Assembly (NCBI GenBank): GCA_951406725.2
Contig: OX597817.1
Coordinates: 129,580,001 to 129,644,000, forward strand
Reading direction: 5' to 3'
DNA length: 64,000 nt
DNA from: Octopus vulgaris
Lineage: Eukaryota
The position numbers and the translations under genes were made by a program. Under the pieces are notes generated by a model, which made no database searches, was not told the origin of the DNA, and saw nothing but the letters and a program-made list of their open reading frames with translations. The stretch's first letter is position 1; each line of letters starts with the position of its first letter. Positions 39,440 to 50,620 of this stretch are shown here, piece by piece.

Positions 39440-40827
39440 AAAAATTTTCGAAAAATTTTTATGGAAAGTTTTCGGTGAAAATTTTCGAAAAATTTTTGAA
39501 AAATTTTTGTGCAAAATTTTCTGTGAAAATTTTCGAAAACTTTTTGGAGAAACTTTTCGCTGAAAATTTTCGAAAAATTTTTGTGGAAAATTTTTGGTGA
39601 AAATTTTCGAAAGATTTTTATGGAAAGTCTTCGGTGAAAATTTTCGAAAAAATTTTGGGTAAAATTTTCAGTTAAAATTTTTGAAAAATTTTTGAGGAAA
39701 ATTTTCGAAAAAGTATGGAAGGCCGGTTAAAAGTTTTGGGGAAAATTTTCGATGAAAGATTTTCCAAAAAATTTTGGTTAAAATTTTCAGTTAAAAGTTT
39801 TGGGGAAAATTTTCGATGAAAGATTTTCGAAAAATTTTTGAAAAATTATGGAAAGTTTCGGTGAAAGATTTTCGAAAAATTTTTGAAAAATTATGGAAAG
39901 TTATTGGTGAAAATTTTCGAAAAAATTTTGGGTAAAATTTTCAGTTAAAATTTTAGGGGAAAATTTTCGGCAAAATATTTCGAAAATGTATGGAAGGCCA
40001 CCGGTTCCAAAATCACAAAGTATGGAAGGCCATCGGTGCCAAATCACAAAGTATGGAAGGCCATCGGTGCCAAAATCACAAAGTATGGAAGGCCAGCATT
40101 GCAAAAATCACAAAATTTTTATGGAAAGTTTTCGGTGAAGATTTCTGAAAAAATTTTGGGTCAAATTTTCAGTTAAAATTTTTGAAAAAGTTTTGGGGAA
40201 AATTTTCAGCAAAAATTTTTGGTGAAAATATTTGGGGAAAATTTTCGGTAAAAATTTTCGGAAACTTTTTGGGAAAATTTTCGAACAATTTTTTGGGAAA
40301 ATTTTCGGTAAAAATTTGCGAAAAATTTTTATGGAAAGTTTTCGTTGAAAATTTCCGAAAAATTTTTGGAGAAAATTTTCGAAAAGTTTTTAGGGACAAT
40401 TTTCGGTGAAAATTTTCGAAAAATTTTTATTGAAAGTTTTCGGGTAAAATTTTCGAAAAATTTTGGGTATAATTTTCAGTTAAAATTTTTGAAAAATTTT
40501 TGGGGAAAGTTTTCGAACAATTTTTTGGGAAAATTTTCGGTGAAATTTTGCGAAAAATTTCTGGAGAAAATTTTCATGCAAAAATTTCGAAAAATTTTTG
40601 GGGAAAATTTTTGGTGAAAATTTTCTAAAAAATTTTGGGTAAAATTTTCAGTTAAAATTTTTTGGGGAAAATGTTCGGTGAAAATTTTCGAAAAATTTTT
40701 ATGGAAAGTTTTCGGTGAAAGATTTTCGAAAAATTTTTGAAAAATTTTTGTGGAAAATTTTTGAAAACTTTTTGTGGAAAATTTTCGAAAAATTTTCGTG
40801 GAAAATTTTTGGTGAAAATTTTCGAAA
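39440..40827. repeat. A4T4-palindrome minisatellite (37-bp higher-order unit) with an embedded 32-bp tandem block
   Basis: Sub-units AAAATTTTCG (10), AAAAATTTTTATGG (14) and AAAGTTTTCGGTG (13) recur. Four copies of GTATGGAAGGCCATCGGTGCCAAAATCACAAA lie at 39988-40114. Confidence 0.9.
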
Positions 40828-40949
40828 GAAAACATTTTTAATATCATCAAAATTTGCCAGTCATGAAACAAAGTGAAAAATTAAAGAAACATAATAACTA
40901 ATCAAACGTGTCAATTCATGCATACAGGTAGAACAAAAAATGAACAGAT

Positions 40950-41520
40950 ATTTGCAAATGCAGATATGAACGTCAGAAGCGAAATTTTATCTGCATTAAA
41001 TACCCAAATTCCGAGGAATTATATATAGGCGAGACAGGGAATGCTTTATAGCAACGCTCACGAGTCCACAGACAACAAATCCGGAACACTAATGTTCGTC
41101 AAATTCCATTCAGCGAACATATAGACATGTTTCTAATTTTTCCTTTCCACAAACTACATGACACAAGTGAGGTTGGAAGAAAGATAAAAGAAAAATGGTT
41201 TATTAAAATGTTCAAACCTGTTCTGAACAGAAATAACAGCAATAATATAACAACCAGTTAATGATGTCGATTGATAAATATAAACAAGTTAGATTATATA
41301 TCGGTACTCCTGGCAAAACGTGAGTTTAAGAGCATGCGGATAGGTCAAAAAGGTATTCTAAAAATTCAACTGGTTGTAGCGTTCTATAAAGTACTAAGGT
41401 TAAGAACTCGACTGTCAGTTAAACAGATTTGAAATCTGATGAGTTCACTATGTATGAAAGCGCTAATTTTGTTATAAAAACCGTAATACAAAACGTAATT
41501 TCTTGAGGGTTTTAGTTGCT
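40950..41520 (+). mobile_element. Penelope-like element 3' end (GIY-YIG relic plus pLTR)
   Basis: CIKYPNSEELYIGETGNAL*QRSRVHRQQI...SEHID...KIKEKWFIKMFKPVLN contains the YIGET and EK..I...P.LN motifs of the GIY-YIG endonuclease. Confidence 0.8.
41431..41470 (+). ncRNA. Minimal type I hammerhead ribozyme in a Penelope pLTR
   Basis: GAAAU-CUGAUGA-GUUCACUAUGUAU-GAAA-GCGC-UA-AUUUU: 5-bp stem I, intact core, palindromic stem III (AGCGCU) and CUA cleavage triplet. Confidence 0.7.
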
Positions 41521-41985
41521 GTCTCTCTTTTTTTAACGAACACAATCAACAAGGACTCAAAATCAGCTATTTTTGTAAGTTGGAAAAATAGATAATAGCT
41601 TTAATAACTACCTTCATACACTGCTTCTTCATTACCTGTTTTTCTTGGGTTATACTGTCGTTGGGTGTCAGGCTTATATTGTACGTAGTGCTATCTTCTT
41701 TTCTATTACCTTAGAATATTTCTTGCATCACAGACAGCAGAATCTAGGCCAGTTATGTCCCGGTTCATTACCACTGCACATGGTAAATTACTCATATTCT
41801 TACTGCGTACTTTCAGACATAATCGTGCGAATTACGTGTCTTGGCTTTGTGCGGGGAGACAGATACAGATAAACATATAGAGAAAGAGGCAGAGACAGGC
41901 AGAGAGATTGGATAGCTTGCTGGCTAGATAGAAAGATGAAAAGAAAGAAAGAAAGACTGATAGATAGATAGATAAATAGACAGAC

Positions 41986-42058
<73 letters not shown>

Positions 42059-42516
42059 TACTTACATGCACATATACAAACACAGACTCATAGACATATA
42101 GACAGATTGACAAACTCAGAAACTAAGAGGTTAGGCTGAACAACAGATAAGTGCGCTAGCTGCTAGCATGGGCTCTAAAGTATGATATTTATATTTCCCA
42201 CCTCGTGTAACTATCATTAAAGTGTTTAAGTAAATGTAAATATACTTGTCATATGTTATACATGTTTAAAACAGACTGCATAGCATATCGATGCTCTTAA
42301 TGATTTCGAAAGAGCGAAGAAGCACTGTGTACGAATCCACCAACACATGTAAACAATACACACACTTGTAGTTACACACAGGCACACACACTCTTACACA
42401 CACCCCACCGCACACGCATACACTGTTTAATAGCTTTTTAAAAGACAAATAAAAGACAATAAGAGATTGCTAATAAAATTATTTTATTACTTATTTGTAG
42501 CTGGTGGTTTGGGTGA

Positions 42517-42586
<70 letters not shown>

Positions 42587-42694
42587 GTAAAAAGTGAAAA
42601 AACTACAGAAGGCTTAAATGTTAAAAAATATATATTTGCGTCAATATGTCTGAAGAATATAAAAAAAATGTTTTCTCTTATAATGACAGTTTTG

Positions 42695-42733
42695 AAGAAA
42701 GACCGGTTTCGCATTTAGCTTTTCAAATTTCTT
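42695..42733 (-). ncRNA. Minimal type I hammerhead-like fold with U3-A8 core
   Basis: AAGAAAU-UUGAAAA-GC-UAAAU-GC-GAAA-CCGG-UC-UUUCUU: palindromic ACCGGU stem III, GUC site and 6-bp stem I with one extra U. Confidence 0.5.
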
Positions 42734-42782
42734 ACGACGTTATGTTTATCTTATATGTTTTTCTTATCTATCAATCTATCTA

Positions 42783-42851
<69 letters not shown>

Positions 42852-42856
<5 letters not shown>

Positions 42857-43069
42857 TTACTGGTGTAGGCCGGTTTATAGGGTTATCTTGAGTTTCTTGC
42901 CATAAAGAGTACCTTTATAGCGTATCTTCTGACTCTAAAACCTGTTGGCCCATGGTCTCTTTAAAGTATGGAGAGGGAAACGATACGGATATAATCAATG
43001 GGAATTATTTCCAGGGTAACCCGATAAACCCAAGATAAGCCTATAAACCGACCTTCACCCGTAATTAAT
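42852..43069. mobile_element. Short fold-back/MITE with TTAATTAC(T/G)GGTG ends in a (TA)n target
   Basis: About 38-bp imperfect TIRs. The body matches the arms of the 48845-50577 element. Confidence 0.75.
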
Positions 43070-43770
43070 ATAGACTGCTCTACTTCTTAAAGTGTGCTTC
43101 TTCTCCGGATTTATGTTTTTCTAAAAAAATTATATATATATATATATATATAACACTTCGTGTGTGTGAATCTATGTTATACGCCGGGGATTTTTGCCAG
43201 TTTCAATATTCTTCTGAATTTCTTCGAGTACCAATTTGGTAGCACACTGCACGGCGCTTTTCGGACTTGACTTTACACAATGACGTCTAGTTAGTGTAGT
43301 GATTTCAGTCACATCAGCTGGACATCTCATTTCAACTGAAAGTTGACAAAATGTTATATATGTTTAGATATGCATGCACATATACATATACGTATAACAG
43401 TTGCAAGTAAGTGATTCTCAAAAAACAACGAATATAGGAATCAGTTCACAAATTCAATAACCCCGGCCGCTCCATAGTTTCCACCTGTAAATGCCCCACA
43501 GAACACATTTCCAAATACCTCGACCTCACCCTTTCCCCTTTATTAGTCGCTGCCTTCAGTCTCAGTTACATTACACCAACCACAACGAAGGGAGAAATTA
43601 AAATAATAGACAGAGAACACCACTGGAAAATACAAGAAATAAAAGAAGCAGCTCAACAACCTCCTAAGCAGAGCGAGTGCAGATATGAGCAGCATATGGG
43701 AACCAGTATTAAGGAAGGATAGAAAACTTTTAGACCTATAAGGCCTAAAATTCACTCCATAATTGTCCAC

Positions 43771-43848
43771 GGGCATATAGCGTAGTAGTTAAGAGCGCGG
43801 GCTACTAACCCCAAGATTCCGAACTCGATTCCAATAAATGACCTGAAC

Positions 43849-43895
<47 letters not shown>

Positions 43896-44057
43896 TAATA
43901 CCTTAGGAATGAGAACCCAGGTTCGAAATTTCCCCAAGACACCTGAAGAAGGCTGGAGGGTATATCAGCCGAAACGTTGTGTTAACAACAAACAAGTTGA
44001 GGACAAATATCCGTCGAATGTAAAAATTTAAATAATGTACATAATTCCTCATCTCTT
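43771..44057 (+). mobile_element. tRNA-headed SINE carrying a hammerhead motif
   Basis: GGGCATATAGCGTAGTAGTTAAGAGCGCGGGCTACTAACCCC...GAACTCGATTCC (A-box, anticodon arm, B-box), then an (AAT)n spacer and a 3' region containing the hammerhead. Confidence 0.75.
43938..43983 (+). ncRNA. Type I hammerhead ribozyme fold inside the SINE
   Basis: GACAC-CUGAAGA-A-GGCUG-(10 nt)-CAGCC-GAAA-CG-UU-GUGUU: perfect 5-bp stem II, 5-bp stem I, palindromic AACGUU stem III and GUU triplet. Confidence 0.65.
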
Positions 44058-44059
44058 CT

Positions 44060-44700
44060 ATATAGGACTACATAGTCGGAGTATCTGCAGTTAGAAAATT
44101 GCACCTTAATGCACAAATTAATTATTTTTCTTTTACAAAGATCTAGCAGATGCCGATGAATGCAAGTCTCCCCTTTCCTCGCCATCGAAGCTATTTAGCA
44201 GCAGTGGTGTCATATGGACGGTGCCTTCATAATCCAGTGGACTGGAACAGATGCTGCATGGCATTCTCCTATAACAATGCTGGTGGTCAAAACAGACGAC
44301 AATTATGCGCGCCAACAGATAGATGCGCATTACAGTTGGAAGAATGCGAATATCACGTCTTTTAATTTCGCGATACCATCCTCTCTGTTACGTAAAAAGG
44401 AACTCCAACGAATGAACCATATCCAAGACGTGAAGAGAATTCAAAACTCTTTCGTTTACCTGGGTATTTGGATGCCCTCAAATATACAACAGCTTCACGA
44501 AATGTTTGCGTAAACTGATCAAACATTTCTGAGGACTTCAAAAGATATAGAGAAGCATTTTACACCAGTTTGTTGCGTCAGCCGTCTTCATCCAATACGC
44601 CTCAACCAAAGTAGAGAATAGCTCCCAGTTCTTAGCTCCATTATCTAAAAATCTCACATATATTAACAAAGCTAACAAAAATATTTGGCCCATAATATGT
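44060..44700 (+). mobile_element. Possible Penelope-type reverse transcriptase relic
   Basis: PMNASLPF, WCHMDGAFIIQW and SFVYLG weakly resemble the MG.PLS, W.RY.DD.F and FLG motifs of RT. Heavily decayed. Confidence 0.3.
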
Positions 44701-47166
44701 GAATAGAGACGATACGAAGGAAAAACATTTTACACTGAAAGCAATGTTTCAGCTCTCCAATGAATCAAAGAACACAAACTAAAATAAAATATGTATAGGC
44801 TGGCAGCTGTGGTTTAGCATACATACAGAATATATGTTTCCACCATATATTTATAGTCGTAAACCTTCGCTGCCATTCAAAAGTGAGCACGACATGTTAA
44901 CATGTATTATGGTTTCGCTAACTGTTTTAGCTGCCTATGTAATCACGAGGAGATTTACACACATTCTCGGCCCTATCAACTTGACTCTAGATGAGACAGT
45001 TGGATGAAGAGGGCTCTTCTCTACAATTGGCCTTATACTCATTTTCAGGTGAAATGACCGGAGCAACGTGCAAATCAAAACGACTGTTAATGTTATACTT
45101 TTGAAAGCTACTGTGATAGCGATTTCGATTCAAAGTTCTCTAGGTAGCCAACGAATCTTAGTACACTTCTGAAGAGGGCCAATCATTCTGAAATATATCC
45201 ATAAGAAGATTCCCAGTACTTTTCGCTGCTTGCTTTAGAAAAGCAAGTAGGTTTCAAAATCTTTTTTAAACGCTAAAGCTAAGGCTTTTGGATAAATAAA
45301 TGCAATTGAGTACAACATATATTTCAGGTATTCTGATTTAGTTTGTATTCTGGGTGTCAATCTGTTTCTCTCTCTCCCTCTGTGTGCGTGCGTGTCAGTG
45401 CATGTCAGTGAGTGTGTGCAAATCAGTGTTTGTGTCAGTGTGTGTGTATGTGTGTGTGTGTGCGTGGGCGTGCGGTTGTGTATTTGTGTAGCGGAGAGAG
45501 AAATAGTTAGATAGGGAGATGTAGACAGAACTGCATCAAATGATATCTCTTGCTATGCATGCATGTTATCAATTATAAAATTACATGTGTATCTAATAAT
45601 TCGCAATAAACCAAATAAGACTTACATGGACTTCGTTTTCCAATAATCTTCAGTTCACAGTTGTCTGCAAAGAAGGTAATTACCAGCGGTGTTCCATCGA
45701 TTTCAAACTTGGATAGAAATAGTAAGGAAGATATGTTGAAAATTGTTACCGTATACAAACTCATGCACTCATACACATGTGCAAACACGCGCGTGCGCGC
45801 ACACGCACACACGCACAGACGAGCATACACGTACAGACGGACACACGCACACACATGCACAGACGCACATACAAACACAGACGCATACACATGCACATAC
45901 GTACACATACATACACACAGACGTGCGCGCGTAAAGGTAACTTTGTAGCCAATATGCCGGATATATCTAAGCATTTTTCTTTAAACGAAAATGACCTATT
46001 GCATGGTTTATATAGTACTATTTGTTTCAAAATATATTTGGATATATATTTTTTTGTGGTGCTATGATATGTTTGAAGTTGTTCTTTTGTAGGTGTCTAT
46101 GATGTGTAAAGCTTTTGACATTCTGTTTATTGATAATTTTAATTTTGTGATCGAAGAAAATCCCCTCTTTATGTTTTACTTGATATATTTTCGTGTAATT
46201 TCAAAATTGATATGCAATACATCAAAAAGGAACAGGCCCAAGAGAAATGGGTTTTGTTACTAAAGAGGACTGGTACAGGATAATATAGCTTGTATTTTGG
46301 TTTGACACTCTGGAGGAAAGATAGTTAATGCGATGTAGTATCGTCAATTAGAAGCATTGCAAAAGAAGCTGCAATTAAGACAGAGTAAGTATTTGTTTTC
46401 CGTCTTGAAATCAGAAAGGACTTTCTTTTCAATCTCCTGTTACCACTAACAATTCCAGAAATATATATAGAGAGAGATTCAACTCCTACAACATTTAAAA
46501 TGAATACGACAGCCACACTAAAGCACTTAGTAATCCGAATATATGAAAATTGGAACAGTTCTTTGGAAATGTTCTTTGAAAGTTCAAACAGTATCTAAGG
46601 CTAAGTTTTCCATACTGGATCTTTACATTCTGTCGCTTGATCATTTGTTCTCTTCTGTATAAAGTACAGAATTCAATCTTCGTGAATTCTGTACTTTATT
46701 CACATCATAATTATTTACCATCTCAACCTTTACTATTTATTCAAATTTTATCTAATTACTTTTTGCTGTTACTATTCTTAGGCTAAAGAATAACAATAAT
46801 AACAACAACAACAACAACAACAACAACAAATTCTTAACTTATATGAAGGACTAATTTTGTCGTTAGTATCATGGCTGAATCAAGGTATAGATTAAATTTC
46901 AGTATTATTGTTGTAATGTATTACAGAATATGTCCATAAATTTATTAGTCAAAACTGTGTTACGATGAGTGTAAAGATCTTCACAATATGATCGTAGACA
47001 GATAGTTAGATCGAGAGATAGAAAGAAAGAGAGAGAGAGTTGGACATGTGTATTGGAATCTTCACCAGGAAGCGCATACCCCCTCTATCTGACAATTGTT
47101 TATAACCCACACAAATTAAATCAAGCATGTATAATTGCTGTTTGTTTTTATATCCACCAGAATATT

Positions 47167-47557
47167 CTTTTCTACTCTAGGCACAAGGCCCGAAATTTCT
47201 GGGGAGGGGGCCAGTCGGTTAGATCGATCCCAGTACGCAACTGATACTTAATTTAGCGACCCCGAAAGGATGAAAGGCAAAGTTAACCTCGGCGGAATTT
47301 AAACTCAGAACGTAAAGATAGACGAAATACCTATTTCTATTTTTTTACTACTAAACACAGAAGGGACAAACAAGGACAGACAAACGGATTAAGTCGATTA
47401 CATCGACCCCAGTACGTAACTGGTACTTAATTTATCGACTCCGAAAGGATGAAAGGTAAAGTCGACCTCGGCGGAATTTGAACTCAGAACGTAACGGCAG
47501 ACGAAATACGGCTACGCATTACGCCTGGCGTGCCAACGTTTCTGCCAGCTCGCCGCC
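47167..47557 (-). mobile_element. Dimeric family-A SINE with a single TSD pair
   Basis: Head-core-tail followed by a second core with a different tail. Flanked by TTATATCCAC(C/A)AGAATATT at 47148-47166 and 47558-47576. Confidence 0.8.
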
Positions 47558-47923
47558 TTATATCCACAAGAATATTGTATAAACGTGTTGGTTGCAACTG
47601 TCATAACACAAAGTATTGGCTGATGAATAATTAGATATGTTCAATCGTACACAGCAGTACCGAAACAAAACGTTTGTTACATATGAGATTTAGGATTTTT
47701 GATCAAAAGCCCATTCAGGGGAGAGATAAACAAGACATTTTACATACCTTCCCACTTTCCGGGAAAAGGATCAACTTGAGTTTGAAGAACTTTTTAAGTT
47801 TATCCCCAAGTCCATTCTCTAGAATTTCTTTTATTTTGGTAAGTGTTTGCTGTACATCAAAGCAATCATAGGAATCGAACTGGCAGTAGGCAGTGACCAA
47901 CACAAGTAAAAAGACAACTGTAA

Positions 47924-47969
<46 letters not shown>

Positions 47970-47977
47970 TGCGTATG

Positions 47978-48012
<35 letters not shown>

Positions 48013-48844
48013 GTATCTATCTATCCATCTACACACACACACATATGTATAGGGAAAATAAGGAGAAGAAAATGGAGAATATATAGATGTAATTACTGGT
48101 TTATTTGCATGTTATAAAAAGATAGCGTTTTTTTTTTGAAAAAACATATATAAACAAATTGATTGGAAATTGAAAGATGGAAGAAAAATAAATTAAAATG
48201 AAAATAGAAAAGAGAACCTACATCTATGTTTCAGTTGTACCACCGAGCTGATGGGAATCTACAAGCATATCGCTTAATGCTAAGGAAGTTGCCATATTCA
48301 CGGTATATGTGGTAGGACTTCGTCATGGTTCAAAAAGAGGTAACGCAACTTTTGAGGGAAGTGTATAATATTGGCAGGTTAAAAGTTAAAAGCTACGTAT
48401 TGAGATTTTATTTGATTGGTAGATTTTGAATATTTATGAATATATCATATAGAATATATTATAATTAGGAAACAAATAGATAAATATAAAATTAAATTTA
48501 AATATCACCCCAAAATTTCGGGCCTCCTGCCTAGAGTAGAAAAGATTCTGTGCGTCTGTGTGCAAATATCAGCTGTGTTTTGCAGGGCTGCCTTATTTTA
48601 ACCCTTAACTTTGAAATGGAGACAGACACAGTGGTTGATATAAAAAATCAAGCAATTTGAGGCTAGAAAGAAAGTGGAAAAAACATGAAATTCTTCGAGG
48701 AGGCATATATCTTATGCGACATCTGTGATGAGCCCGAGTGACGCTGTTGACCTGGAGTCGCCTCTGATGCCCCCCCCCCCATATATATGAGATAGTTTTT
48801 TTAGAAATCCGGAGAAGCACACGCTAGGAAGTAGACAAATCTAT

Positions 48845-50577
48845 ATTAATTACTGATGAAGGCTGGTTTATATGGTTACCCTGGATGTCTCGCCATAAAG
48901 GGTACCTTTATGACGTATTTTCAAACCCTAAGACCTGTTGGCATATGGCCTCTTTAAAATATGGAAAGGGAAGCGATATAGATATAAGCAATGAGTATTA
49001 TCCCTCTTTGGTGCTGGCCATCGGCTTCCGGCTGTGTCGTCCTCCTTCAGTCATAGCAGCGCTTCGTTACATTTATGGCCTCAGCAACATCATCGTCGAT
49101 GACAGCACCAGCAACAACATCAGCAAATTGGTCAGCCCCAATAGTATCATCGTCGGCAGCACCAGCAACGACAACGATAGCGGTAGCAACAACATCGTCA
49201 GCGGTAACAGAAGCAGCAAGTGGAGGCGCAATGGCCCAGTGGTTAGGGCAGCGGACTCGCGGTCGGATGATCGCCGTTTCGATTCCCAGACCGGGCGTTG
49301 TGCGTGTTTATTGAGCGAAAACACCTAAAGCTCCACGAGACTCCGGCAGGGGGTGGTAGCGACACCTGTTGTACTCTTTCGCTCCAACTTTCATTCACTC
49401 TTTCTTCTGTTTCTTATCCCCGACTTCCTAAGCAACCGCTGAGCCTGGATGCACATTCATCCATCCGTCGATGCTCTCAGTGTCGGGAGTTGACCTGCTT
49501 TCTCTTCTGCGGGTCCTACGAATAGCAAAGGACCACGTTTCGGACTTCTCCCACTCTGGGACGAAGACCGCTTCGCTCAACAAACAAACAAACAATCAGC
49601 AGTAGCAACAACGGTAGCAACACCAGCATCGGCAGACTTAATAACACCAACACAGGCACTACCGGCAACATACGCGGGGGCAGTAAGACTACCGAAGCAA
49701 CCGCAATCTCCAGCCCCAGCTCCAGCACCACTAGAATCCAGCACCAACAGCCCCAGCTCCAGCACCACTAGAATCAACACCATTGGTAGCACCAGCAGGA
49801 ACATCAATAGCGGCACCGACAATATCGGTAAATACAACGACAACAGCAGCATCAACAGCAGCACCGGCAGTAGCAGTGGTAGCAGCAAAAACAACAGCGA
49901 AAGTAGGCATGACACCGACTCCACACATCCAAGGAAATACATTAGATGCACGGGAATTTCCATTAAGAAACGTCTTTCCAGCAATAGATCCTCCTTCAGA
50001 GTCCCGGAAAGGAGATATGTAACATCGCTAGCCAGCCATATCTAGCAACTGAATGAAGATGGAGTTCCATACTCGATATCATGGAAAATCCTCCACCGCT
50101 CGGGTCTATACAAAAATGTAACGAAACGCTGCAAGCTATGCATAACCGAACGCATGAAAATCCTGAAAAACTCGCACGTACCAGGGACCATACCGAACTC
50201 CAGAACGGAGATTTTCGATCCCTGCTTGCATTTCAGGAGATTCCTATTAGCGCTTTTGGACCCACATGATAATGATAATAGCAGTATTAGCGATAATTAC
50301 ACCACAGCGGGAAATTGACTGCTGATGAGAGTACCCTACCTTTTACCCTCCTAGCCGACATGTAGCGTGACTGAAGGAGGACGACATAGCCGGAAGCCAA
50401 TGACCAGCACCAAAGGGAGATAATCCCAATTGTTTACATCTGTATCGTTTCCCACTCCATATTTTAAAGATGCCATATGCCAACAGGTCTTAGGGTCTGA
50501 AAATACGTCAGAAAGGTACTCTTTATGGCGAGAAATTCCAGGGTAACGCTATAAACCAACCTTCACCAGTAATTAAT
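48845..50577. mobile_element. Fold-back element with about 210-bp inverted arms enclosing a Penelope GIY-YIG C-terminal relic and a SINE
   Basis: 48845-49053 is the reverse complement of 50368-50577. Interior + strand reads CKLCITERMKIL...NSRTEIFDPCLHFRRFLL, the Penelope C.LC..EK..I...N.R.E...C.H motif. Confidence 0.75.
49222..49590 (+). mobile_element. tRNA-derived SINE (family C)
   Basis: GGAGGCGCAATGGCCCAGTGGTTAGGGCAGCGGACTCGCGGTC...GTTTCGATTCCC head and (CAAA)n tail. Related heads near 1640, 2675, 6077, 6660 (-), 18805 and 26430. Confidence 0.8.
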
Positions 50578-50581
50578 GTGA

Positions 50582-50615
<34 letters not shown>

Positions 50616-50620
<5 letters not shown>

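Noticed and set aside
39988-40114. CRISPR-like array of 32-bp repeats
   Set aside because: The repeats are head-to-tail with no unique spacers, there are no cas genes, and the context is eukaryotic.
39131-40871. ORFs rich in K/F/E/N (for example 40476-40871)
   Set aside because: These are translations of the A4T4 satellite, open in several frames on both strands.
43771-43845. SINE heads as genuine tRNA genes (also 10376, 34962, 49222)
   Set aside because: No complete acceptor stem or cloverleaf, and each continues into a SINE body.
46659-46699. 17-bp perfect hairpin resembling an intrinsic terminator
   Set aside because: The palindrome is real, but it is AT-rich, short and in eukaryotic DNA, so no function can be supported.
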